Origin: Lama glama
Lineage: Eukaryota
Reading direction: 5' to 3'
Length of the DNA stretch: 64,000 nucleotides
Assembly: GCA_028534125.1 (NCBI GenBank)
Contig: CM052816.1
Coordinates: 11,844,001 to 11,908,000, forward strand
A program made the translations under genes and the position numbers. This document shows, one piece after another, positions 12,620 to 24,850 of this stretch (within the stretch, counting starts at the first letter, position 1; the number at the start of each line of letters is the position of its first letter). The notes below the pieces were generated by a model. It made no database searches. It was given only the letters and a program-made list of their open reading frames with translations, and was not told the origin of the DNA.

Positions 12620-13500
12620 TCCCTGTGCTTCATTTACTCATGGAATGAATATATATTGAGTATCAGCAAAAGCAAACATAGCCTCTCTCATATAGATTGT
12701 AGCCTGATGAGACTGGATGTGTGTGTGTGTGTGTATTTATATTGTAAAAATGAGCACACTTTTATAAGCTAAGTGCTATGAAATAAAGGGACACAGTTCT
12801 AAGGGTACATATAATAAGCCCATCTGGCTTTTGAGATGCTACAGGTTGGGAGATAAGTCCTGGGAAGTGACACTTGAAGTAATAAAGAATGAGTCGGTGT
12901 TAACTGAGTGAGATGAGGGAAAAACATTCCCAGAAAAAAGGAAAAGTCTGCACAAGGGACCCAAGACAGAAAGCAGCGTGGTGAGTTTGAGGATCTCAAA
13001 TATCACTGTGGTTGGAGCATTGAGAATAAGGGAAAGTCTGGAGAGGCAGGCAGGAGCCAGGGCTCTGTTGTCTACCTGAGAGTCTTTGCTCTTTATCTTA
13101 AGAACTGGGAGAAGCCACTGAAGGGTTTAAACAAGAGTCATAAATATTTTAGTGTTTTGAAAAGATCAGTCTGGCTGCATCATGGAGAATGGATTATCAG
13201 GGAGCCAGTCTAGATGCATTTAGATAATTAAGAATTTATCACATTAATTCAGGTGGGAGATAATGGTAGTTCGGTCTAAGGTGGTTCTGTTGGTGGTGGT
13301 TGTAATGCTGTTGGTGGTGAAAGAAATGGACAGATTTGAGAATTATATTCACGAGCTAAATGGAGAGGTTGGGTGCCAGCTTGGATATGAATTGTATAGA
13401 AAAGGGGGCTATCATAGATGACCCCTGAATACTTTGCTTGCTGCCTGGATGGATCATGATACTGTTCTTTTAGATTAGGAACACAGAAGGAGAACCAGAA
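12620..13500 (-). mobile_element. L2 LINE (L2a-like)
   Basis: gaatgaatatatattgagta...gagaagccactgaagggtttaaaca...ttttgaaaagatcagtctggctgc...ggagaatggatt. Confidence 0.85.
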
Positions 13501-13949
13501 TCAGAGGAGAATGTTCCGATTTTATTCTTGTTTCCATTGATTATGCTTTAATGGGCTTATATGTAATAAGGGGTGGTGGTGGAGAGGGAATGATAAAATG
13601 TGATGGAAAAGCTTCAGTCACATTCACTGATCTGTTTTATCATTGGCAACTTGCTTTTATTTCTCCTGATGGTTGACACTTACTTTTCTGATGTCTTTAA
13701 CTGACCATGGGCTCCTTGCTGACATGGAGCATCTCAGGACACAATGCCTGTTTACAGCGTCTGAATGATTTCTTCTAAGATGTTGTTCTTTGGACGATGT
13801 TTCTCCTCACCTGCCCAGAGCCTTTTTGTAGCTAAAAATACACAGTGATTCTGACCTAAAACATGGGAGACATTTGATTCAGAACAGTAAAGCTTCTCTT
13901 TCCCTTTGGTTCTGCTGGGGGAAAGTCTATATTTAGAAAGTGACTATCT

Positions 13950-15610
13950 TTTTAAAATAAATTTTATCTTTTTAGAAGTTTTAGATTTTCAGAAATATTG
14001 AAGACATAGTGTGGAAAGTTCCCATATATCCTCAACACAGTTTACTCTATTATTAACACTTTGCATTTGTGTGATACTTTTTTTTTAATAATGAACCGAT
14101 ATCAGTACATGATCATTAATAATTGAAGTACATATTCTATTCATATTTCCTTGGTTTTGACCCAGTGTCCTTTTCCTTTTCCAGGGTCCCATCCAGGTTA
14201 TCACACTACATTCACACTGCATTTAGTTGTCTTCTTGGGTTACTTTTGGTGGCGAAGATTGCTCAATTTTCCTTGTTTTTGATAACCTTAACAATTTTGA
14301 GTTGATCTGGTAAAGTGTAGGACGCCCCTATACTGAAACTTGAGGTTTTTGTCATGTCTAGACACTGATTGTGGGTTTGGGGAGGAAGAACACAGAGGTA
14401 AAGTGCTGTTTTCATCATATTGTATCAGGAGTCCATGGTATCAGCCTGACTTGGCACAGCTGATGTTAACCTTGACCACCTGGCTAAGATGGTGTTTGTA
14501 AGGTTTCTCTGCTATAGAGTTACTGCCTGCCCTTTGCCACCTTCCCACACTTTACTCTTTAGGAAGAAGTCCCTAAGTATAGCAGCCCACTCTTAAAGGG
14601 TGGGGAGTTACTTGGAATTCTTCAGCATGGGAGATTGCTTATTTAACTAGTCAATCATTTATTTATATAATTGGACACTTGGAAATGAATTTTATACTTC
14701 AGGTAAAATCCAATGTTTTCTTGCTTCAACTGTTCCAGCTCTGGCTATCAGGAGCTCTTTGGCTTGGCTCCTGTGTGCCTTTGACAGCCCTCTAACACTG
14801 CGGGTGCTTTTTCCTCTTTCTGACTTTGTGGTACTACAACATGCTCCACATTCATCTTGTACGTTTCCTGCCCCTATCCTGGAATCAGACACTTTCCAAG
14901 GAACTCTGGTTCATTTTATTGGAGAAGAGTATCAGGATCTGGATGCAAGGTGTACTCATGGTATTGTGTGTCACTTCTTTCAGGCCCTCTCAGCTGACGG
15001 AGCAAAGAAATACATGAGTATACACTAACCTAGTACACACCCAGACCTATAAATATTTCTTTACGTAATTATCTGCATCTGTATTAAGACACAAGATTTC
15101 TTTTTGATGTCTCTAGCTCTAAACCATCACTATGTGGATCCTTCTAGAGCTCCCCTTGCTTATCTGTAAACAGCCCCCCCCAAACAGTGAGAAACCTGGC
15201 GCCTATAATTTCCCACCTGTTTATTTAATTATTCAGTCCAGTATACACGCATAGCAGATCAGAATTGTTGCCCACCCTCTTAGGGACAGCAACTTTGTCA
15301 ACTAGAATACAGTGCTTACGTGCAGTTCCTTTTGCCTTTAGCCTTACAAACTCTGCTCATTTTCAGAGTTACTTAAGTCAGCACCTTTCCCCTCACCCTC
15401 TTCAGAGAGGTTGTTTCATTCATTTGTAACACAGTTAGATTCTTGTCACAGTCTGCTTTCCTTCCGGGGAGCCTGACCTCCCAAATGATCTTTTTCTAAT
15501 TTGCATATTAAGGCTCACTCTTTGTGCTATGAGGTTGTACAGGTTTTGACAAAAGCATGTTATATATCCAGTAGCCTACAGAATAATTTCACAGCCCTAA
15601 AAATCTCCCC
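13950..15610 (-). mobile_element. Old L1 3' UTR (L1MC/L1MD-like)
   Basis: ggaggaagaacacagaggtaaagtg...gatgttaaccttgaccacctggctaag...cagaataatttcacagccctaaaaat are characteristic L1MC/MD 3' UTR motifs. Confidence 0.8.
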
Positions 15611-16128
15611 AAACCAGAATCTTTTTATTTTTTACCCAAAAGAAAGTGAAAGCTTCTAGGAAGAGGCAGGAATGAGAGCTCACTCACCTGACTCACTGCT
15701 GTGAAGCTTCAAAAATGAACACAAAGAACTAAAAATAGGAAAAGGGAACTCCATAAATAATGAAATAGCCACCATAAACCACCATCACAAGCCCAGAATA
15801 TCTTTGAGGTACGATGAAATTTGGTTCAGATTCAAAGAGGAAATCCAACATGATGGCATCCGTCTTACTTTTTGCAAACAGCTGTTTTTAGGAAAGGGCT
15901 CTGAGAGGCCGTGTAAATGCTGTGCTCGTGATGACCGCGACATAGGTGAACCGGGGGACAGGCAGACGAGCATTCCCCTGGAGGCTCATTTCCTCATCAC
16001 AAGGCTTTCAAAGAGGTAGGACTGAAGAGACCACGTGACGGTGCTGTTTTTATTTCCTCCAACTCAGTGTCCTAAATTGGAGTGGCAGCCTGGAGGTCGG
16101 GCTGGGCAGTGGAGCCAGCTCCAGCTTT

Positions 16129-16196
16129 TTTTTTTTTTTAAATTGAAGTATAGTCAGTTACAATGTGTTGATTTCTAGTATACAGCATAATGCAGA
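16129..16196 (-). mobile_element. Ultra-short L1 3' terminus with TSD
   Basis: poly(T) followed by aattgaagtatagtcagttacaatgtgttgatttctagtatacagcataatg; TSD tccagcttt at 16120-16128 and 16197-16205. Confidence 0.85.
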
Positions 16197-17234
16197 TCCA
16201 GCTTTGTCACTACTGGGCAGCACTGGTTCAGCAGAAATAAATAAGCACTGACCCCCTGAGCAGCAGTTTCCTGAAATGTAGCATCTTATGCTCTGACCCC
16301 ATGTCTCCCTAGGAAGATCTGCTACCCTGGAAGGGAAAGAAGGAAAGGCTTCTCTTTTTCCCCTACGAGACCAGCAATCCCCCAGTGCCCATACGCACAC
16401 AGAAGCTTTTAATGCTGTAACCAGGTGAGGGGTGGGACGGAGTGACCACATCCTTTCTGGATAATGTGGGTATATTTCTATATTCAGGTCAAGCAGCATT
16501 GAAGACCCATGGTCCAGATATGCTCTCAATCAATTTATTTGCTTTTCATTTCATCTTTCTCAGTCCTAAGACTGATGTTCTTCTCTTCTGGCGTTTAGAG
16601 ATAAGAACACTTCACACGTCGGAAATGCAGGTCTAGGGAAATTATCAATGCTTTGAGACCCAAATCGGCTTCTCTCTCCATTGACAGACTAAAACGTATC
16701 ACCTGCTCAGAACCAGGAAGTAGAGAGTTCTCCTGCACAGGGCCAGATGGTTTTGTCAATAATTTACTCTGACAGTGTAGAAATAGCTGGGCGCTAGGAA
16801 AAGAGATCCATCTTCCGATGCTCATTTTGCTATTATAGTCCCCCTAAATCTTATTCTTAGCTGCTATTAGTTTTAAAGCCCCTAAAATGGAACAGGCCTG
16901 TTAGACTATCTGTAGTCAATAATTTCCTTCCCATTCTGAAACAATTTTGTGCGTTATCTCAGGCCAAGAATAGGAAGAGGGGAGGGGTAGCGTTTTCCTT
17001 AAATGGTGTTGCTGACACAGTGGGCAATGGGAGTGACCCCGGTCTTCCAACTATATTCAGAAGAAGCTATAAATGCTGTCAGTCTTACACATCTGAGCAA
17101 CTGAAGAAATAAGAGATTAAGATCACCAAGCTCTCACTGACTGTTTGCAATTCAAATGGAAGCTTAACTTCTTCTGAATCTTTGAGAGTTCTGAGTGTTT
17201 ACCTTCAGCTCCGGAGGGATTATGATTAAGTGTC

Positions 17235-17375
17235 AATGCTGAAGGGATTCTAATATCTAGTTCAGTCCGTTTGCTTCACAGATAAGTAAGCAGGAGTTCG
17301 CAGAGGTGGGGAAGGTTGCCCTAGGTCACAGAGCTGGTAAGAGGCAGAAAGGAGACTAGAGACTGTGTGTGGGTT
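17235..17375 (-). mobile_element. MIR SINE
   Basis: ttcacagataagtaa...ttgccctaggtcacagagctggtaagaggcaga. Confidence 0.7.
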
Positions 17376-18179
17376 CCTGGAGAAATGGTCTTTACCTTTA
17401 TTGTGTCACCAAGCCGAGGCACCATCTGACTCCCAGTGATGTGGAAGCCTGCCATTTGCTCCTCCGTAGCTGAGCCTCAGTTTATATGCCTGCATGTTGG
17501 GATAAAAATGCCTGCCCTTGCAGTGTGCGTGTGAGGCACGTGAGAAGTATGTGGAATGGCTGGTAAGTGTGTGTGCACGCGTGTGTGTGGATGGGCGGCA
17601 GTCATTCTGCAGCTTCATCAGTCTTGCAGCGTTTCTATTTCACAAGCCAAAAGCTCATAACAGCCCAGAACTCAGCAATTATTTTCAGGTTACATTAATG
17701 TGTTTTTTCTCAAAGCACTTCACTTGCAGAGGTTGTAATCTGCTTACAAGTGATGCTGAAGTGAGAAGGCTGTTATCAGCTTGGAAGAAGGCAATGCCAG
17801 ATAAAGAGTGTTTTCTTGTACTTGGATATGATAAACTATGATGCTAAGAAAGGCTTGGTGTGGGAGCTGTCCTGACTTTATTCTCAGCTCATTCAGTCTT
17901 CCTGCAGTATTCCTGCAGAGGGGAATGAGACAAGTTTGTGAGTTTCAAGGGTTTCATTGTACTTGTAGGTCACTTTGGGCTCTCTTATTCCAAGGGCTCA
18001 GGTGTCTCAAAAAATGAGTCTGTAGTTATAAGAGTCACTTAACTAGGAAATGGACAGACAAGAACATGCCTTCCCTCAGTTCCGTGATCTTGAGGAGGGA
18101 AGCTGTGCCTTATTCACCATGTGTCCCCAGGGCCTCTTCAGAATGCAATAATAATTACTGAAATAAAAAGAATGACATA

Positions 18180-19480
18180 TCTTTACTTCATAGTCAAAGT
18201 CAAATGAATTTCTGCTGGATAATTAAAGATTGAAATGTAAAAACAAAACGAAACAATGCTAGGAGAAAATATTGGTGAATATTTATATGAATTTGAAGCA
18301 ACAGCATAGGCAGAAACCGCAAATGAAGCTTGATCGTTTTGATCAGGTAAAATAATCAATTCTTACTTGGAAGAACCCAATACAAAATTTAAAAGAAAAC
18401 TCTAAACGAGGAATGAGATTTGGAACTCACACAACATAGGTTAATGCTCATTATGAATAAAGAACACCAAAAAAATCAGTAAAAGATGATGAATATCCCA
18501 AGAAGAAAAAATGGGAGAAGGACACAAAGAGGCACTTCACTAAAGGAGTGCTCAATGAGGGGAGGGTAACAGCTCACGTGGTAGAGTGCATGCTTAGAAT
18601 GCATGAGGTCCTGGGTTCAATCTCTAGTACCTCCTCTAAAAATAAGTAAACCTAATTACCTATCCCCCACCAAAATGAAATAATTAAATAATACAATTTA
18701 AAAAAATAAATAAAAAATTTTAAAAAAGAAGTGCTCAATAACATGAAAACATATTAAATCTTAGTAAATAAATCATAGGTCAGAGAGCAAGGAGGTAGTA
18801 TTTACAGCCATTAAATGGACGTAGTTTTGAGAACATCATAATGCCCATTGTTGACAGGGTGTCACTCTCACGTGTTACAGGTAGGGATGTGCATGGGTAA
18901 ACTGTTGTGGGTTATGTATTCAATATCTTAAAATCTTATTTGCCTTTTGATCTGTTAATTATACATTTAAGAAATATTTGGGGACTTATGCAAAGATTTA
19001 TATGCAAGAATATCTACAAAAGCTTAATTTATAACATTAAAAATTAGAAGCAGCTTAACTGTCCCCAAAAAGGGGATTTGTTTAAAAATTATAATACACT
19101 AGAATGTATTAGAATCTTAAAGTTATGATATATTGTAATGATATAATGGAATCATATGCCACTATTAAGTGTGATAATACAGAAATATAATTATTGATAT
19201 AGAAATATATTTATGATCTTTTACTTCATGAAAGGACTGTCTTATGTATTTACATTTATATTTATCTGGTGACATGTGAAGTGAAAAATTCTCAAAGGTG
19301 TAATATACCAAATACATGAAAATACTGAAGGTAACTATCTCTGGATAGTGGGGTGACAGGTGGTTCTTTAATTATAAAAGAAGGAAGTTGCCTACACATA
19401 CACTCTAACTTTTTTCCAAGACTGAGTATGTGTAAGGATGTACCAAACAAAGAAATAATAAAGTTTAAAAAACCAAAAGA
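18180..19480 (+). mobile_element. Old L1 (L1ME-like) ORF2 end and 3' UTR, interrupted by a SINE
   Basis: aaagattgaaatgtaaaa...ctaggagaaaatattggtgaatatt...aaatgggagaaggacacaaagaggcacttcac...ataccaaatacatgaa. Confidence 0.75.
18557..18724 (+). mobile_element. tRNA-Ala-derived SINE (camelid Vic-type)
   Basis: ggggagggtaacagctcacgtggtagagtgcatgcttag...gtcctgggttcaatc; 15-bp TSD aaaggagtgctcaat (18542-18556) / aaagaagtgctcaat (18725-18739). Confidence 0.92.
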
Positions 19481-19584
19481 ATAACACAAAATAAGTTCAT
19501 GGACATTATTAAAACCACATTGGATCTCTTACGAAATTTTCATTGCCTTTAAAAGGCCAAATGTTAGACTTGGACTGTTGGAAA

Positions 19585-20005
19585 CTTGTTTAGGTTCCCC
19601 AGGAGCTGACTCTGCATCACGGATCAAGTGCAAGTTGTTAATTTGGGAATCATTAGCAGGGCAGTGAGGAAAGAGAGAGGAAAAGAAAGCTAGTAACATT
19701 TCCCTTAGGAAAGAAGTTACTGTTGTGAGTGACTAGAGTTTAAACCTGCTAAGGAACTCAGGGGGACTATGAGGAACATGTCCTTCAGAATTATATTGCC
19801 TAAGGGGAAAGGGAGTTGGGATATTTATACACCAACTACTCTCAGTCCCTGGTTGAGCGCTGTTCCTGGGGTGTGCAAATTCCCAGAATTTCTGGCCTTG
19901 TTTACTGTCAGGCAAAGAGATGCAGGTCTTGGCAGTTGGAAATGGTCTGGCCTACATAGAAGTAGTCAGAGCTGAGATCATATAGGGGGAGGGACAGCAA
20001 CAGCT
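19585..20005 (-). mobile_element. ERVL solo LTR (LTR33-like)
   Basis: ttaggttccccaggagctgactctg...gatcaagtgcaagttgttaatttggga resembles the antisense LTR33 3' end. Confidence 0.6.
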
Positions 20006-20175
20006 GGAGTCAGAAATTTGTCCATTAACAGGTGAAGACACTTTGGGTCAAGTGTCATCACATGGTCACATGACCCACATCACATAAATGGAATCATACA
20101 CTATGTACTCATTGTGTCTGACTTTTTTTTTTCACTGAGCACATATCTTTGAGATTCAGCCGTGTTGTTGCATTA

Positions 20176-20632
20176 CAGTGACCATGAAAATGTGCTGCTC
20201 AGAACTCTTGCTGCAGGGAACATAACTGATGGGGGCCCCAGCCACTGTGCCCTGAGTCCACCACAGTCTTCATGGCTGAGGCCCCACTTCCCTCAGGCTG
20301 CTCCCAGCCAAGGACTGCACGTGGCAGGGATGCAGGGCAGGCCCTATCCTGGGAAAAGCAGGACATTATGAGTAGCAACTTTGGCTCAAGGATTCCCTGT
20401 TGGCCTGGCCAAAATCTTCTTAGAACTCTGCTGCTGTCTGAGATGCTTCTTACCCAGTCCTTTTTCTTTTCTTCTCTCCTTCTCAGGAGCAAGGTCTGCA
20501 TTGCAATATGACGACTCTGTCTTCATCCTCTTACCCCTTCCACTTTTCTCTGTAGGCGTTTTCCCCAATAAGTCTCCCATCATGTTAAATTTCATCTTAC
20601 TGGTTGCTTCTTGGACAACCTGAATTAACTCA
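20176..20632 (+). mobile_element. ERVL solo LTR (LTR16A-like) inserted in L1M
   Basis: actgatgggggccccagccactgtgccctg...ggctgctcccagccaaggactg...ccccaataagtctc...tgcttcttggacaacctgaattaac. Confidence 0.75.
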
Positions 20633-21150
20633 TTTGCTATTTAGTACTTCATTCCTTTTTATTGCTGATAATTATTCCACTGTAGGAATATATCACAATT
20701 GTTTATCGTTTCCTCTGTTGATTGACACCAGGGATGTTTCCTGTTTTTGACTATTATAAGTAAAATTGCTATGCATATTTATGTAAAGTTTGTGTTTTCA
20801 TTTATCTTGGATAAATACCTAGGAAGGTGTTCCTAGGTCAAATGATAAGTGTACATTTCACTTTAAAAGGCACTCTCACAAGGCTTTCCAAAGTAATTAC
20901 ACCCTTTTATTTTCTTACAAGCAATGTTTAAGAGGTCTTTTTGCTCCATATTCTCAGCAGTACTTGGCATGTTAGTCTTTTTAATTTTAGCTGTTTTAGT
21001 GACTGTATATTGCTATTTCATTGTCATTTGAACTTGCATTTCCCTGATGACCTAAAGATACCGAGAATCTTAACTGCCTTTGGTTGTACATATATTTATT
21101 TTCTGGAAAAGAATATATTCAACTCTTTGACCATTTTTATTGGGCTATTT

Positions 21151-21194
21151 ATTGCATTATCTCATTCTGTTATCTCATTGCATTATCTCATTGC
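21151..21194 (+). repeat. 13-bp tandem repeat, ~3.4 copies
   Basis: attgcattatctc attctgttatctc attgcattatctc attgc. Confidence 0.85.
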
Positions 21195-22249
21195 AAGAGT
21201 GCTTTAGATATTCTGAATACAACTCCTTTGTCAGTATATGTGTTGCAAATGTTTCCTCCCAGTTCTTGGTTTACTTTTTCATTTTCTTCTGTCTCTTGAA
21301 AAACAACTTTTATTTTTGATGAACTCCAGTGCATCAGCTTCTATTTTTCTTTTACAGTTAGTGGGGTTTTTGTGGTCTTTCTAAAAAATCTTTGCCTACC
21401 ACAAGGTTAGTATCTTTTGTTACAAGTTACATGTTACAGTTTTTATGTTTAGTTGTATGACCATTTTTGATTTTTTCCTCTGTAGGGTGTGGTAGAGGTT
21501 TGAGGTTCATATTTTTTCATATGGATATACAACTGTGTCATCAGTACTTGTCAAAAAGATAATCCTTTCTCCATTAATTTATCTTGATGCAGTTGTCAAG
21601 AATCATTGACTCTTTATGTATGGGTCTGTTTCTAGACTTCTTACTCTAGTCCATCAATCAGTGTATCTATATTCATTCTAATTCCATGTGATTTTATTAC
21701 TATAGCTTTAAAGTTTTGAAATAAGATAGTAATATCTTCCATCTTTGTTCTGCTTTTTTCCAAAGTTATCTTGTAAATTCCAGATTCTTTGCATTTTCAT
21801 AGGAATTTTAGCATCATCTTGTCTTATACAAAGAAGACTCCTGGGATTTTGTTTGGGATTGTGCTGATGAATTTGTGGGAGAGTTGACATCTTAATAATA
21901 CTGACTTTTTGGATCATAAACTACTTTTTTGCCAATGCCTGTAAAGACATGTTTCATATATTTTGGGAGAGCTAGTGTGGGACTTGTCATTCCATCATGG
22001 CTGAAGGGGAAAGTGGCCAATTCTGATTGTATACAGAATTCCAGATGGCCATCGCTAGTGATTCGTCTCTAACTGCAAACAAAGATTTCCCAGTTTCAGT
22101 TTTGTTACTTTTTCCCCCTTCTCTTTGATGTAAGAGAGTAGGGAAAACAAAACAAAACAAACAAAAAACCCCCAGAAAAATCTAATTGACATAGGCAGCC
22201 AAAGTTCATCAGTCAAGAGGCAAGCAAAGTGTGCTAAGAGAAAAATTTG

Positions 22250-22450
22250 GGAAGACCAATGTTTGAGTCCTGGCTTCATTTCAATTGGTATGGTCTTGGG
22301 CAAGCTACTTAATTTCTTCCAATTTTAAGTTTCTTATTAGAAAGATGGGTCTAACCCTACCTTGCTTTTTCCACAGGGATATTTTTAAGCCCTTGTAAAA
22401 TAATGCATGAATATTAAAACACTCTAAACTGTAAGGCACCAAATACAACT
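22250..22450 (+). mobile_element. MIR SINE
   Basis: tttgagtcctggcttc...ggtcttgggcaagctacttaatttct...agtttcttattagaaagatggg. Confidence 0.7.
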
Positions 22451-23511
22451 AAGAATTACGACTGTTATTCTTGAGTAAAATAAAATCCTGTCCTCTCAGT
22501 CTACTCTAGTTTTTTCTCCAATTACTTAGATGTTTGTCTCAGGATTCTTTTATACCTCCTCTTTTCTGTTATTTTGTAGTCTGCAGGAAGAGAGGGAGGC
22601 CTCGGTGCTCAGTTGGGAAGAAATGCTCTCGAAAGCATTTACTGTGGGAAATTTTCCTCCTCTCTCTCGGATGATGCCTGGGAAATAACATACTTTGGGC
22701 TTTCAGCCAATCAAGACAGCAACAGCAAGAAGCCCTGTGTACTTTCACTCAGAGAGGAAAACGGTGATTTTGATTTCATAATATTTCCTTATTTAAAAGA
22801 TTTCTCTTGGGGAGAAACTCCTTTAACTGACATCTCAGCACCCTGTTTATACGCTTCTTAACATTTACCATTGTTTGTTAACTGTGCACTAATTAATGAA
22901 CCCTTTTGGGTTGGTTTGGTTTTGCTAGTAGCATAAAAGTTTAGTATTGGACTAAATATATTCCCAATTCAATATAAATATATAGATTTATAAAGTTGCA
23001 CAACTTCATAAGTTTAAATTTTGTGTTTGTTTCCCATTGAAGCCACACTACTAGTTTCTAATGAATAGGATTGAAATAATTATGATTGAGTTTTCAAATT
23101 TAATTTACATCCTTGGTCTTGTTCCACCAGGCAGAGAGGGAGTGTCGGGATGTGACATATGCTAATATACAGTGTGTTGGTTCTGAGTATACGTTCAGGG
23201 CTGCAGATTCACTGTATTGAGTGGACTTCTTATTTTTGGCTGAGCCATGAGGGATTTGTGTGCAAGAGGAAAGAATGCATTAGATCAGAAGGAAATGACA
23301 AAGAAACAGGTTAACCATTGTGGAGAGCTGAGGCCTATTCATTCTCCCAAGCCCAAAAGAGGTCCTCAGTACACGGAAAGGACAGCCTAGTCTCCAGTTA
23401 CAGGGAAGCTATTTTGAGATAAAGAAATGTAATCCTTGTGTCCAGAGCTTTCAAATGGACTGCAGAAGGGTAAGGAAATGTACTATTGTTAACATTATTT
23501 CAGGGTAATTG

Positions 23512-23656
23512 TTTTGAGGAGGGGGGCACAGAGGAGGTCACTAGTTTGTTTGTTTGTTTGTTTATTTAATTTATTTTTAATGGAGGTGATGGGGATTGAA
23601 CCCAGGATCTTGTGTATGCTAACCCTGCACTCTACCCTTGAGCTATACCCTCCCCC
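23512..23656 (-). mobile_element. tRNA-Ala-derived SINE (camelid Vic-type)
   Basis: Reverse complement reads gggggagggtatagctcaagggtagagtgc...tcctgggttcaatccccatcacctccattaaaaataaa; no TSD recognised. Confidence 0.9.
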
Positions 23657-24634
23657 AATCCTATGAATATTTTTGGCCACTTTCAAACCATTTCACAGAT
23701 TCACAAAGAAAAGCCAGGAATTATTTATTCCGAGTAGAAAGAAACATACAGATAAATTAGAATAAATATCTCTCTTCAGTAGATCTCAAACTATCACATG
23801 TTCTGTACACAAACAAAAATGAATCAAAATAAATCAGACTCCCGGTACATACATCTCCTGTTGAGGATGATGAATTCCAAAGCCACATCGCAGTGAACTC
23901 ACAGGATTAAATCGGCCTGCCTGCCTATTACGTCTCTATTACACAGGGCCATGCCTTCGAGATTACATTTTGATGAATGAATTTATTTGCATGAGGAAGG
24001 GAGGGGAATACAAATGATCTCATACCATGAAGAGTTCTTCGCAGCACAGAGATAGTTTTGTTTTCCCCCCGTGAGACAAAATCTTGGCAAATTACAGCTT
24101 TGAAAAGCTTAGTTTTACCGAGGGGGCAATTGCTATGGCTGGATGAGTTTAAATCAATATCCAAACCTCAGTGCTTTCCCTTCCGTCTCATGTCCAATCC
24201 AACAAAATAGGGTCCTTGGGGTAAGTGAATGAGAAGCTGGGGATCTGTCAGTGGAGAAGCAAAATGTCCTGTTACATAGCATAGGCTGTGTGCTAAAATT
24301 TATTGGGTCATGTGTCCAGTGTCTTTCAGAAGGTGGACAGGGCAGTTTCACTTGCGTTCTAAAGCCATGATCAGCTACCCAGGAAGACATTTCAAAGAAA
24401 AGTACTATCTAATGATTGTCTCTGTAAATGGAATTCAGGTTGCTTAACTCTGGATTCTCATTAATATGTAACTTATTTTTCCCCTTAGTAAATTTAAAAA
24501 GGAAGTCTTTATATGCAAGAGAGATTGAATGGTTTTATTACATGTTCTGATCACTAGAAGGTCTCTCTCCACTCAGTGTCAAATACTAATACAGCTACTC
24601 TGCTACACTGACTAATTAAAAGGAGGTAATAATA

Positions 24635-24850
24635 GTGTGGAACCTCGGGCTTGAAACCAGGGGTACCTGCTTTTAATTAATGCTTAAACTAAATGGTGGT
24701 GAGAACTTCAACAATTTATTTAACCTCTCTGAGCCTCAATTTTTGCATCTCTAAAATTGGACTAATAATACTGACTGTTGGGGGTAAAGTGAGAATTAAC
24801 TGGAGACAATGCATAAAAGTAGGGCTTGTAGGCGGTGTTCGGTAACCATG
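24635..24850 (+). mobile_element. MIR SINE
   Basis: atttaacctctctgagcctcaatttttgcatctctaaaattggactaataata. Confidence 0.75.

Larger units (their letters stand above)
20080..21920 (-). mobile_element. Old L1M (ORF2 3' part and 3' UTR), split by an LTR16
   Basis: taaatggaatcatacactatgtac...ttgagattcagccgtgttgttgc resumes after the LTR as ttcattcctttttattgctga...ttgcatttccctgatgac...gggagagttgacatcttaataata. Confidence 0.85.
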
